Of a stretch of DNA of 64,000 nucleotides, positions 13,190-24,237 are shown in pieces. Every line of letters begins with the position of its first letter. Positions within the stretch are counted from its first letter, which is position 1. The notes beneath the pieces are model-generated. The model was given only the letters and a program-made list of their open reading frames with translations, did no database searches and was not told where the DNA came from. This stretch comes from Scyliorhinus canicula (Eukaryota), in NCBI RefSeq assembly GCF_902713615.1, contig NC_052162.1, positions 71,435,686-71,499,685 on the forward strand. Direction: 5' to 3'. Both the position numbers and the translations under genes were made by a program.

Positions 13190-13625
13190 CTGGTCAAGAG
13201 GATCAGATGAATGATTGGATCTGTTTCTCCATTTCACAGAGATTATCTGCAGTGGTGGAATACTGAGTCCGGAGGTTGAAAAGCTGGTACAAATGTGGCC
13301 AGAACATTGAGCAAACCTTCAGCATACAATGAATGGTGCCTTGCACTGTCCGAATTCGGCAGCTGTTACTAATTAGTTTGAGCTATCCTCAACAGACCCC
13401 AAAGGAAGCAGAATACAAAGCAGTTGATAAAATGTGAAGAACTGATGATGAATGCTGCAGCATCGATCAACAATCTGTCTTCCACTCAAGTGAAGAATTC
13501 TGCTGCGAGGGCAGGGAACTGCATATAACTGAATTATTGATTAAACTTTTATTTTTTCACAATATGCATGCAATCTTAGAGGCCTACTGGATCTTCGGAA
13601 ATCTCTCTCGCTCTAAGGAGTGGAT
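13190..13625 (+). pseudogene. ARMC2: Intronless decayed fragment of an ARMC2-like armadillo-repeat mRNA captured inside the LTR element
   Basis: Across frameshifts it reads RGSDE*LDLFLHF...ANL...QLLLISL[SYPQQTPKEA]EYKAVDK/CEELMMNAAASINNLSSTQVKNSA/RELHITELLIKLLFFHNMHAILEAYWIFGNLSRSKE. This matches, from memory, vertebrate ARMC2 ..LLLTTLEYKSLDDCEELVINATATINNLSYYQVKNS..LYIAELLLKLLVSNNMDGILEAVRVFGNLS. Confidence 0.75.
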
Positions 13626-14660
13626 AGATTTATTATAACATGTGAGAAGACAAAAATGGACTATATTCATGTTAATGTTTGCCTGTAAAAAAAATTCTTA
13701 ATTATATGTTGTATAGAATATAAATTGTGTATAATCTTAAGAAATGTTTGACGTTAAAAAGGTTTTAAAAGAATGAACTCATCTGTTTATATTACTGGTT
13801 CACTTTTTTAGAGGAGGAGGTGTGATGATTCGAATATGTTATGGAAATTGGATTATAAATGAAGTGGGAATTTAAGAGTTAAAAGCCTTGGGGTATAATA
13901 TGTAGCTACAGTGGTATAAGTTTGAAAAAGGATTTTGTTTTACTTCTAGGGAACAGCAGGTGAAACTGCTGAATGATGTATTTTTTAAACTAGACTAATG
14001 GACTGTAGTTTGAGTGGGGAGGTCCCTGGGAAGCTTTTGCAGCCTGCAGAGATCATTTGTTTTTTAACTTGGGGTGATGAAATAATTGTGGGGTGGATCC
14101 CACAAAGGCAGAGAGGCAAGGCAGTGAGTTTGGAGAGGCTATGAAAGAGAGAAGAGCGAGTTCTGATGTGCCTGACTCTGAGTCCACAATCCGTTCTAAG
14201 TAGGATAGCTAAAAATAGAGTAATAATATTTTAAAACAGAGCAATCTTGTCTGAGGACAAGGAAGAGACTAAAATAACCTAGTTCAAACAGCTATTTGAA
14301 GATATTCAGCCAGAGTCTGAAGGGGTTCCAACCAGAGCCAAATCTGTTTTATAAAGCAAGTATTACTCTATGCCATGATAATTTTAGGATAGATTAAGAG
14401 TTGTATGTTTATTTTCTTGCTGTTTAATGGGAAATTGTCTTTTGTGTTATGGGGTAATTGTAAGCTGTTCTTTTCAGGTGTGAAGTTAAAAGTATAATTG
14501 CATGCATAATAAAGTTTTCTTTTAGAAATACCAAAGCCCTATTTTTTCATGCAAATAGTCCGGAAGCAGATCATTCTTTCCGCAGTCTAAAAATACACTA
14601 TAATATTTCGGTTTCAGTCCAGTGTCCTAGCCACTGTTCGAGTCTGATCTGGGATCGTCT

Positions 14661-15010
14661 GGGGCAGCAGGGTAGCATGGTGGTTAGCATAAATGCTTCA
14701 CAGCTCCAGGGTCCCAGGTTCGATTCCCGGCTGGGTCACTGTCTGTGTGGAGTCTGCACGTCCTCCCCCTGTGTGCGTGGGTTTCCTCCGGGTGCTCCGG
14801 TTTCCTCCCACAGTCCAAAGATGTGCGGGTTAGGTGGATTGGCCATGCTAAATTGCCCGTAGTGTCCTAATGAAAGTAAGGTTAAGGGGGGGTTGTTGGG
14901 TTACGGGTATGGGGTGGATATGTGGGTTTGAGTAGGGTGATCATGGCTCGGCACAACATTGAGGGCCGAAGGGCCTTTTCTGTGCTGTACTGTTCTATGT
15001 TCTATGTTCT
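14661..15010 (+). mobile_element. Young full-length HE1 SINE at the end of the inner 3' LTR
   Basis: GGGGCAGCAGGGTAGCATGGTGGTTAGC..(TTCTATG)n, nearly identical to 39961-40317 and 43952-44307. Confidence 0.95.
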
Positions 15011-15819
15011 AAACGGATGGTTAAATTATTTTTTGTTAGAGATGTGGTATAAATGTTACTTGCCATCTGTTAACCGAAGCTTGAATATTGTGCAGATCCT
15101 GTTGTATTGGGACATGCTCTGCTTCAGTACTTGAGTAGTCATGAATGGTGCTGAACAATTCCTTGTCATCAGCGGACATCCCCAGTTATGATATTATGAT
15201 GGAAGGAGGTTTATTGATGAAACAGCTGAAGATGGTTGGCCTAGGACACTACACTAAGGAATTCTTACGGTGATGCCCTGGAACTGAGAGGATAGACATT
15301 TAACAACCATAGCCATCTTTCTTTCTGCTAGGTAATGGAGAGTTTTCCCGCTGATTCCCATTAACTCCAGTTTAGCTAGGGCTCCTTGATGCCATACTCG
15401 GTCAAATGCTGCCTTGATGTCAAGGGCAGTCACTCTCACCCCACCTGTGGTGTTCAACTCTTTTTCCCATGTTTCTACCAAGCTGTAATGAGGTCATGAG
15501 CTGAGTGACACTGGTGGAACCCAAACTGAGCATCAGTGCACAGATTATTGATAAATAAGTGCCGCATGATAGCGCTGGTGATCGCCCCTTCCATCACTTG
15601 CTAATGATCAAGATTAGACTGATAGTCATTAATTGCCTGGGCTGGATTTTGTTCTTGTAATTTCTTTTGGATGATTGCAGAACCGATGGTCAATTCTTTG
15701 AGTCATGTGATCTGTAGTAGCTATTTTGTGGTTCAACAAAAGTCCATTTCAAAATTAGTAAAGAACTATAACGTTTTGATACTCACAGGTTTTGATTTCT
15801 TTTCATGTTTTATTGACAT

Positions 15820-17585
15820 GACATTCCACACTAAATTGATGTAGAAAATACTCTACCTCTTTAACAACATCCTTACAGACTTAACCTTAAGAAAGTAGCT
15901 CAAGGGAAGAGATTAAATTTATGTTGGACAATTATATTATTGAGCCAAGTCAGATTAGTTGGAGCTCACCATTGGTGATGTTGGCAAAACTGGATGGATT
16001 ACAATGATTTTGTATTGACTATAGGAAAGTCAATGATGTGCCAAGAGCAGATTCATATCCAATTTCATGGTTGGAAGATTGCATTGATAAAATTGGAAAT
16101 GCAGACTTGTGAGTAAGATTGACATACTAACTCTTTATTGCTCGGTTCCATTAATGGATCAAGCTGAGAAAATATCTGCAGTTGTAACCCCTGATGGACT
16201 GTATTGTGACATTTGGAATAAGAAATACACCAACTACAATTTAAAGACTAATGAACAAAGTCATTAAAGGATTGTGCAGCTATGTTCTATATTTTGATGA
16301 TTTGGTGAGTTACAGTAAAGGAAGAACATTTGGAGAACATGTATGCATTGTTTGACCAGTTACATAAAGTTAATTGAGTGATACGTGTGGTGAAAAGTGA
16401 GCTTGCCAAAGCTTAAGTCACTTATTTGGGGCACATTATTGGATAAGGCCAAGTAGTGACCAAAGAGGCTGAAGGACAACATATAGGGGACGTGGTGGCA
16501 TATTGGTATTGTCACTCGACTAATAAACCAGAGACCCAAGATAATGCTCTGGGAATCCATGTTCAAATCCCACCACTCCAGATGGTGAAACTTGAATTCA
16601 GTAAAACAAATTCTGGAATTAAAATTAATGATAACCATGTCACAATTGAAATGAAAATGAAATGAAGTGAAAATCACGTATTGTCACAGTAGGCTTCAAA
16701 TGAATTTACTATGAAAAGCACCTAGTCGCCACATTTCGGCACCTGTTCGGGGAGGCTGGTATGGGAATTGAACCATGCTGCTGGCCTGCCTTTGCCTTTG
16801 TCTTTAAAAGCCAGCTATTTAGCCCTGTGCTAAACCAGCCAATTGACGATTATCGTAAAAACCCTTCTGCTTCACTAATGTCCTTTAAGGAAGGAAATCT
16901 GTCGTCCTTACTGGGTCTGGCTTACATGTTACCCCCTTCAAGGGCAAATAGGGATGGGCAATAAATACTGGCACAGCCCATGACACCCATGCCCCATGAA
17001 CGAATTTTAAAAAAGATCTTGGACTTTTCTGTTCTCGGAACTAAATGGAAAATGTAATGATGTTTGGGAATGAGTGGCTTTCAAATGAATTTTGCTGCAA
17101 ATTTTAGCACTGTGGTTCCTCCCCAACCAATGAAAGAAAAATAGAATGTTCAAATGGACAGACTGTTTTTGAAGCCATATTAACAAATAAACCTACATTG
17201 GCACCGCCACACTTCGACAAGCTGTTCAAAATGGTTATTAACACCATGATGTGGACATAGGAGTCTAGTGGCTGGAATCAGCCATCCAATTGGTTAATTT
17301 TTTCAGAATTAATTTTCAAGAAAATGAACCTCTGACCAGTGAAAATACTGCACAATTGAAAAAGAAAAAGTCTAGTCTTGGCTAGTCAATAATTTGAAAT
17401 AGATGTTTCAAGAAATCCAGGAGAGACAGTAGTTTATACGGAGCACAATCTTTTAATGATTGTGGAGCAGTTCCACATGAAGAACCTTTGGTTACTTCAT
17501 TTAATTTTGATGTTACAATCCTGCAACATAAAGACTGTTCATGTTGTGAATTAACAAACATTGCTCAAGCTCTATCAAGAGTGTG
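15820..17585 (+). pseudogene. RT/RNase H of the outer Gmr1-type Gypsy
   Basis: QHPYRLN..K, IIEPSQ.SWSSP, IDYRKVN, DSYP, EDCIDKIGNA, VTYLGHIIG, YCTIEKE and VVYTEHN motifs, located downstream of the integrase. Confidence 0.8.
16485..17010 (+). mobile_element. Third SINE family ('family C', CR1-like tail) with a nested family-B SINE (16649-16839, minus)
   Basis: Head GTGGCATATTGGTATTGTCACT.GACTAATAA.CCAGAGACCCA.GATAATGCTCTGGG..GTTCAAATCCCACC. The nested copy is flanked by TSD CAATTG (16643-16648, 16840-16845). Confidence 0.8.
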
Positions 17586-19249
17586 ACTGTCCAAATGATT
17601 CTCTATGGGGACATTGACTTTGTACATGTCATTTGTAAACCACAAGTTGTAAGAATATTTGACCTGTGTTCCAGTGTTGTATGAAGAAAATATTATATGT
17701 AAAGATAAGAATTAAGAAATAGCATGATAGGATATGTTGTTTTGTTTGTAAATGAAAATACCTCCCTTTCAAATGCATTCAAATGTTTTTTGAGGGGGAA
17801 TTGTTATAACTGCCCATTGTGGATAATATTAAGGTTTAAGAATGGGGATGTTTGGTTTCAGTTTCAGCTGAATTCAGGGGGTTGCGTATTTTAGGTTTTC
17901 TTTAATCTGCTTCTGTGTGCTTTTAAGTAATGCTTGAACTTTTGACTCAGTTGAAAGCCTTGAGGTTGCAATGGAAAGATTGCTGGATGGAGCTACGCTC
18001 TAAAGGTTTTTTCAGATAATAAAAATGTGTGGCAGGAACTGGCCTGGGAGACTGCAGATATCCAGACTCTTGCATGTAACCAAGGAACTGGGGTAGGACC
18101 AAGAATCTCTGTGAAAAAAGGAAAAGTCCAGCCATTGAATAAATGCGAAGATAGTGACTACATGAGTATCTTGCACCATAATTTGTGACTATCAGCGATG
18201 CCTATACTTAGACATGAAGGTCATATTGTTAGGAATACACCATAGACCTGGGACGGGATTCTCCATCGGCCGACACCAAAATTGAGACAGGCAATTGGGC
18301 AAAGGATCAGATGTGAGGCCATGATCATGGCCGGCGGTGGGTGCCCACCAGAATTTCACAGTACAGTGCCCCGACATTGGCGTCCAAGCATTCTACTCAG
18401 CATGTACAGTAATCACCGTCTGCATATTGTTAGTCGGCCTGACCAGGGCCTCTGCAATGCTCAGCCGGGAGGCATTACCGACGGCAAGTTTCACTTGTGG
18501 TTTCAAAAATCGGGAAACAAGTGCCGTGGTTAATGAGTGAAAGAGAGGAGGTAGGACATGCAGAGGTGCGACTGGCAAGGCTGGCTGCGCGATGGGTGGA
18601 CGTTTGCCAAGCCCAGGGGAGGCAGCAGGGAGCCACACAACGTGCGCGCCAGGGCTGACTTGCATGGGACACTCTAATCACCTCCAGGATCAGCGACAGG
18701 CAGAGAGGGATGGAGATGGGGCACCAAAGTAGTGAACGCTGGCTGAACTGGGATCCATGGCCCTAGGGCACCCCCCCCCCCCCACCCCCCACCCGCACCC
18801 CCGCCCCAGCACCCCCTCGGCAGCCAGCCCAGCTGATCCCTCACACCTGTCTGACAAAGACTGGTTTAAACGTTTTGAACATATGTTTATTGTGCCATGG
18901 TGAACAGGTTCATGCCATAGCCCTATCTCTATACTGTATGCTGCACCCATGCCAATCTGACTGATGTCTACCTTTCTGGCCTTACAAGCTCAAACGCTAT
19001 GCCTAGGTGCATCCCTCGGTAATACATGAAGGGTGGAGGCATCCTGTTGCGATTCCCTTCCTGTGACCTGAGTCCACTTTGGCAGCCATCTTCTGCAGCA
19101 TCGACTGGGCCTGGATGGGCCTGGCTGCTGCTCAGGTGTCCAAGTGGCATGGTGCCACCCTGTCCTGCCTGCTGCCCATCAGATGCACAAGGGACAGAAG
19201 GGAGGAAGTCTGAGGTGCAGTGGTGTTCCGGCACCTCCCCTGCGGTGTC

Positions 19250-21114
19250 ACCGCACAGGCCCCATCAACCCTCGGGGTGCCCGGTGGCCCCGGGCTGCTC
19301 CTTGGGATGGGGGTGTGAGTGGACTAACACCTGACGCTCCCCTGCCACCTGGCGCTTCCAGTCCTCGAAGCCTGCTCCTGTCTCGATCAGAGTCTCAATA
19401 CCCATGGCCATGGTGCATAAGGAATGGATAACCTCCCTCTGAGACTGTGTCACATTAGCCTGTAACTATGCCGCTATCTTCTGGGATTGTGCCACATCAA
19501 CCAGCACCTGGGCAATACCAGGGGCGCCCTCAGCCATCACCGCTGTGACTGGGCTACACTCTGGAGCGCCGCTGGAATATCTAGGTGGCCTGGTACATGG
19601 CTGTCTATGACAGGGCTGCCTTGTCCTTGCACTCGGTCCGCAAAGGGTGCCCCAGGCCTTGGACATCTTGGCTTATGGCTGATACCTTCACCCCCAAGGC
19701 CTCCACCACGGACGTCACCCATGTGGTGTTGGCCTGGGTGATACGCATGGTCGGCACCACCTCCTGCTCCTGCAGGTGGTTGGATTCCTCCAACTGCAGC
19801 TGCAGGCGCTGGATGGTTGCAGACACGCCCTCATGTAGCCCCCAGCTCTGCGACTGCATCTCCATTATCGATGGGACCACCCTTTCAAGAAGCCCAAAAC
19901 CCATCTTCTCTGCAGCTAGTCCCTGGGGTCGGACCACCCTCCGACCGTCCCATCGGGTGTTCCTACCTCCACCTGCTATACTGCAGCACATGCATGGTGA
20001 ATGCCACATAATGCCTCAGGAGCCTTTTCACTAAAGTGCCCAACCGAGTGTCTCTGGAGTGGTGGAGGGTGTTGGAGACAGTTGTGTCAGGAAATCAGTG
20101 CTCCGGGGTTTTCTCGGGCTGCGGGTCGAGGGTTTATGTCGCTGTCCGTGTCCTCTTCCTCGCTGCTATCCACTTGGGTTATGGTTGAGGTCGGGTGCAG
20201 GGGATAACAGAGGGGCCAGTCTCATCGGCAGGACATCTTGCAAGACACAAGGCATAACGATGATTGTATTTGCAGGTTGGGGTGGTGGGTGACGATGGAG
20301 GAGGGTGTGGGGGCATGGGGTGGGATGTTGGGGTGGTGTCTGTGGAGGCAGAGGTGTGTGTGTGGAGATGGGTGGTTGGTGATGGAGGAGGTTGTGGAAG
20401 GTGTTATGGGTGTGGTGGTGGTGGTGGAGGGGGGCTGCGGGGATGGCAGTTGGGATTGGTGGTGGAGGGGAGTGTGGAGAGGGGGCGTGGAGATGGTGGT
20501 GATGGAGGTGGGGGTGGGAGTGGTGGTGGGGGTGGTGACACACGCCCCATGGGGAACCGGTGTCTCACTTGCTTGTTCGATGCTGAGCTCTGCCCCGGCA
20601 TCTGCCTCTCTCCGGACCCACCAGCCAGGTCTACTGCCCTCTGCTCTGCTGCAGTCAGGGGCCGCAGGTCAGCTGGGGTGGGAAAGACAGAAAACGGAGT
20701 GTTAGACAGTTGGACGCCTGCTGCTCAGCGGGTGGGTAGCTGGTGACCTTCGTAGCCAGGGCACTCGGCTATGGCGGCCAGGGTAGGGGATCGCTTTCCC
20801 TCCGATTGGGAGAGGGAAGCATGGGGATTCAGGTGCATGGGATGGGGGTTGGTTCCAAGGGCACAGTGCTGTCTATTCACCCTTGGCGCGCTGAGAATGT
20901 CATGCAGTTTTTTTCTGCATTGATATCTGGACCTGTCGGTGCGTCCCATGGCGTTCATGACCTCTGCCACCTGCACCATGGCCCGGTATACGGCAGCAGG
21001 TGGCCATCTCCTTCTCACCCTGGGATACAATGCAACCCACCTCTCCACCATGGCGTCTAGAAAGGTGTCCAAATCTGCATCTGCAAATCTGGGTGTCACT
21101 CTCGATGTTACCAT
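19250..21114 (-). pseudogene. Harbinger Myb/SANT-like DNA-binding protein gene (multi-exon, disrupted)
   Basis: MVTSRVTPRFADADLDTFLDAMVER..ALYP...VAEVMNAMGRTDRSRYQCRKKLHDIL, GT donor at ~20880, downstream exons homologous to 53750-54400, heptad-like VAQSQR repeats. Confidence 0.8.
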
Positions 21115-21350
21115 CTTATTGGTTGGGATGAGTGTGTGTGGGGAGTGGAGTGCATATATGAGGCTGCAGCTTGTTTTTCTCTCAAATGTCAATCTCGACC
21201 CTGGCGAATACAACACTGTTGTTCATTGGAATCGATTGTGTTCCTTGTGGCTCAGGTGCTAGCTCATTAATGGTAGATGAATTGGCTGGGGAACGGTGCC
21301 AATTTTTCTGTCGTAGAAGTCTACCGATTCTGTCCTCGCATCGACACTTA

Positions 21351-21925
21351 GGGCGGGATTCTCCATTGCCCGACGCCAATATCGTAATTGGCAATTGGGC
21401 GGAGAATCCCTTCCAAACCCCAAATCCAGGGTGGCGGCAGTTTGATGCAAGTTTCCGAGTCTCCACCCCTACGCAATTGTGTCGCGCGCCGAATGCCGTT
21501 GGAACAGCGTTGCCACGTCATCGGGATGCCCTCCCCCAGTGGGCCGAGTTCCCAACCGCGTAGTTGACGTCTGTTCTGAGCGGTCAGGAACCTGGCGTGG
21601 CAGCCGCGGGCTGTGGTCAGCGCCGCCAAGGGGGTGTCCCGGGTTTGCCTGTGGTGCTGTATTTGCCAGGTCGGATCCGCACACAGCCGGCGCCATTTTG
21701 TATGCCGCAACCATTGCAGTTCATTGCCGTGCACACGCATGGCCATGGACCAGGCCATTTACCACCCATTTTTGGCGTGGGAGCTGGGAATTGTAGCCGG
21801 CGCCGCTGCCAGCCCCTCACCTTTCTCAGAATCTTTGACTGTTCACCGCCAATTGTGCCATCGTAAAACGCCACAGTTCCCATGCTGGCATCGGCACTTA
21901 GCCGCACAAATGGAGAATCCAGCCC
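21351..21925. mobile_element. Harbinger MITE nested in the subterminal region of the Harbinger element
   Basis: TIRs GGGCGGGATTCTCC / GGAGAATCCAGCCC, TSD TTA. Confidence 0.9.
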
Positions 21926-22410
21926 TTAGTTTTTGAAATAGAGAATCCCGCCCCTGAGCTGTGACATGTGTAGCTGGACCCAGAGGGAAATGAAACTGCC
22001 TCCCAGTGTATTAGTGTGTTTAAAAGCCAAACAGAGTGAAAGGCACAAACAAAATGTTCAGCTGCAATAAGCCTATTGGATTGAGTTTAAGGTAGAAGCC
22101 CATATTGTTTCAAATCACTAACTTATTTGTGAGGTGTATCTCTTAATTGCTGGTGTTTCTTAGTTGCTCATATCTGTATGGTAAAGATGATTTGGGTACT
22201 TTAATTTAAGCTTGGAGTCCTGCTGCTTATTTCCTTACCCTTTGTACTCCACGCTTTCTGTTTTTTGAATGATTATAGTTTATCATTCAGATCCTAACAA
22301 GTCGCAGGATTGTCCAGTATTGTCATAACTCGGATTGTAACATTTCCTACTCATGTTGTTATGACAATGTACCAATGGGAAGGGTTAAGGTCGACCAAAG
22401 TACCCCAATT

Positions 22411-23445
22411 TGTTATGATTCCAGATTAGATGCTTCAAAATTGCTATGCTCCCAGGTAATGAGGGAAAAACTGAAGAACTGGCTCCCCTTCTTTCTTCAA
22501 CTCCCTTGGTTCGTCACACCAAGGTAAATTTTTTAAAAAGGCTCCCTTCCCTCAGGGATGCCTTTTCCAAATCCAAATGTATTTATGTCTGAAGAGGGGC
22601 CAATTTATCCAGGCTTTTTTGAATTAAAGAAATAATGAGTTTGTCCATTACAAAGTCGCGGAAAAAGGGATAAAACACAACACACATACATACATGTGAG
22701 AAATGAGATGTGTGTCCAAAAATAAAAGTTACAAAAGAGAACTACAAATCAGTCCTTGGCTTGTCCTTGAGGATTAGTTGGTGAAACATTGCGGCCATTA
22801 AGTTGAATGGTTTCAATAGTGCTGACTTTGGCAGTTGAGCAGTTGGGTTTGGAGATTATTGGTTTTTCAGGTTAGCTGTAAGAAGTTTTCCGGTTTCCCT
22901 TTTCGACTGTGCCTTGGCTGTCTTATGACTTGTTTCCAGCAATCATAGAGAGAGAGAGACTGTTTCACCTGCAAGTGTAGGGATGCTGACTGGCTGTTCT
23001 GCCACAGGGACCTTCACAGAATACACCAGCACAGTAGAACCAGGACACCAGGCACTGTGTATTCCTGGAAGGGGAAAAACACAAACTGTCTCACGCCCAG
23101 AAACTAGATTTTTTTTTCAATTCACATCAGGCCCACAATTTGGCATATAACTCAAAGGAGATGGTTTCTGCTGAGATGGTAAATAGCTCCCATTAACTGT
23201 ACAGGAGATTATGGGTCAGCTTTTGCATTGCCATCCCTTTCTTTGAAGCACCTGTGTGAAAAGGGTGCAACATTCCATTCTCTCTGGACTAGTTGATCGA
23301 GTGTAATCCACGTAGAAATTCCAGCAGATTGTTACTTTATAGTCTCAGCCTGTTTTTGCTAGGATGTCTTTATTTAAAAACACATGTCTTACTTAAACGC
23401 TCAATATTTCGTAAGTAATATGCAGCTATAATCCCTTGACATGAC
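22411..23445 (-). mobile_element. Probable solo LTR
   Basis: TGTTATGA...CATGACA termini and composition like the other LTRs here in reverse orientation. No TSD seen. Confidence 0.4.
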
Positions 23446-23694
23446 AGAGAAAATAGAAATTAAAACCTAATAGTAAGTTTACTGTATGGAAGCTGTATTG
23501 AATCATACCTTGGTCAATACCCTTTGTGAGCTATCCGATGAAGGTCCAGAGAAATATGGCAAGTGAATATTTTCAATTTCTGCCCAGAATGAGTGTGAAA
23601 TTGGTCAAGTGCAAATACTATTCACTCGAAGCGGCTTCCCTGAGGGAAACCATTTTCAGATCTGTGCCTCTTCAGAATAGAGAGAATTATAGCA

Positions 23695-23980
23695 ATCATA
23701 GAATCCCTACAGTGCAGAAGGTGGCCATTCAGCCCATTGAGTATGCACTGACCTTCTGAGAGAGCAGTAAACTATGCCCACCGCTCTGCCCTATTCTCGT
23801 AACCTTGGATACTAAGGGACATCAACGTGCACAGCTATGGACTGTGGGAGGAAGCCAGAGCACCCAGAGGAAATCCATGCAGATACAGGGAAAACGTGCA
23901 AACTCTACACAAGTTACTCAAGGTCAGAATTGTACCCGGGTCCCTGGCATTGTGAGGCAGCCGTGCAAACCACTGTGCCA
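23695..23980 (-). mobile_element. HE1-type SINE, older copy
   Basis: Reverse V-core GGACTGTGGGAGGAAGCCAGAGCACCCAGAGGAAA and tail ATAGAATCCCTACAGTGCAGAAG. Confidence 0.85.
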
Positions 23981-24237
23981 TCCTCAAATAACTTGGGTGA
24001 ACAGTCATCGACAGCTTGCTGCACCAGGGCATGGGACATCTAACAACTGGGTGAGGGAGCTGAGCTGGGAGTGTTTAGTTAAAGTAGGAGACAGCACACC
24101 ATGGGTAAAAGAGTGGGAGAGGGCCACAATATATTTTAATGAAGCATGCAGCAGCATTTCTACTCTTCATTGCTTTACAAAAAATCCCGACCCAAAAACG
24201 TCTGGTCCTTTCGAAGTGCCAATAATTAGGTCCCTTA

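Larger units (their letters stand above)
9689..14660 (+). mobile_element. Inner non-autonomous Gmr1-type LTR element with two LTRs (~9689-10525 and 13821-14660), gag only, no pol
   Basis: Long direct repeats TGTGA(C/T)GATT..AATTTAAGAGTTAAAAGCC..CAGCTATTT.AAGATATTCAGCCAGAGTCTGAAGG..TGGGATCGT. PBS-like TAGGGGCTTGCCC at ~10530. PPT GAGGAGGAGG at 13811-13820. Confidence 0.9.
9445..15650 (-). mobile_element. CR1 LINE fragment split in two (9445-9688 and 15011-15650) by the inner LTR element
   Basis: ORF 15254-15481 VRVTALDIKAAFDRVWHQG is CR1 RT. Sequence ..GCCATTCAATGTCAAG resumes as ..GGATGGTTAAATT on the far side of the LTR element. Confidence 0.8.
18251..21953 (-). mobile_element. PIF/Harbinger DNA transposon, internally deleted (Myb gene kept, transposase mostly lost), inserted in the outer 3' LTR
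   Basis: TIRs GGACGGGATTCTC / GAGAATCCCGCCC, 3-bp TSD CTG on both sides, Myb/SANT-like ORF. Confidence 0.88.
5570..22342 (+). mobile_element. Outer Gmr1-type Gypsy LTR retrotransposon, heavily decayed, carrying nested insertions
   Basis: The 5' LTR end (..CTTGGAGTCCT..CAGACCCTAACA..TGTCCAGTGTTCTCACAACTG/GGATCATAACA, 6006) is homologous to the 3' LTR end (..CTTGGAGTCCT..CAGATCCTAACA..TGTCCAGTATTGTCATAACTCGGATTGTAACA, 22342). gag ~6230-6775, integrase ~8030-9370, RT/RNaseH ~15820-17585, PPT GAGGGGGAA then TGTTATAAC at 17802. Confidence 0.8.

Noticed and set aside
14661-14740. tRNA genes at SINE heads (here and elsewhere)
   Set aside because: Only A/B boxes are kept and they are fused to SINE bodies, with no complete cloverleaf.
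14677-14862. Near-identical 61-aa ORFs at 14677, 40116 and 43968 as a gene family
   Set aside because: Chance ORF in young HE1 SINE copies.
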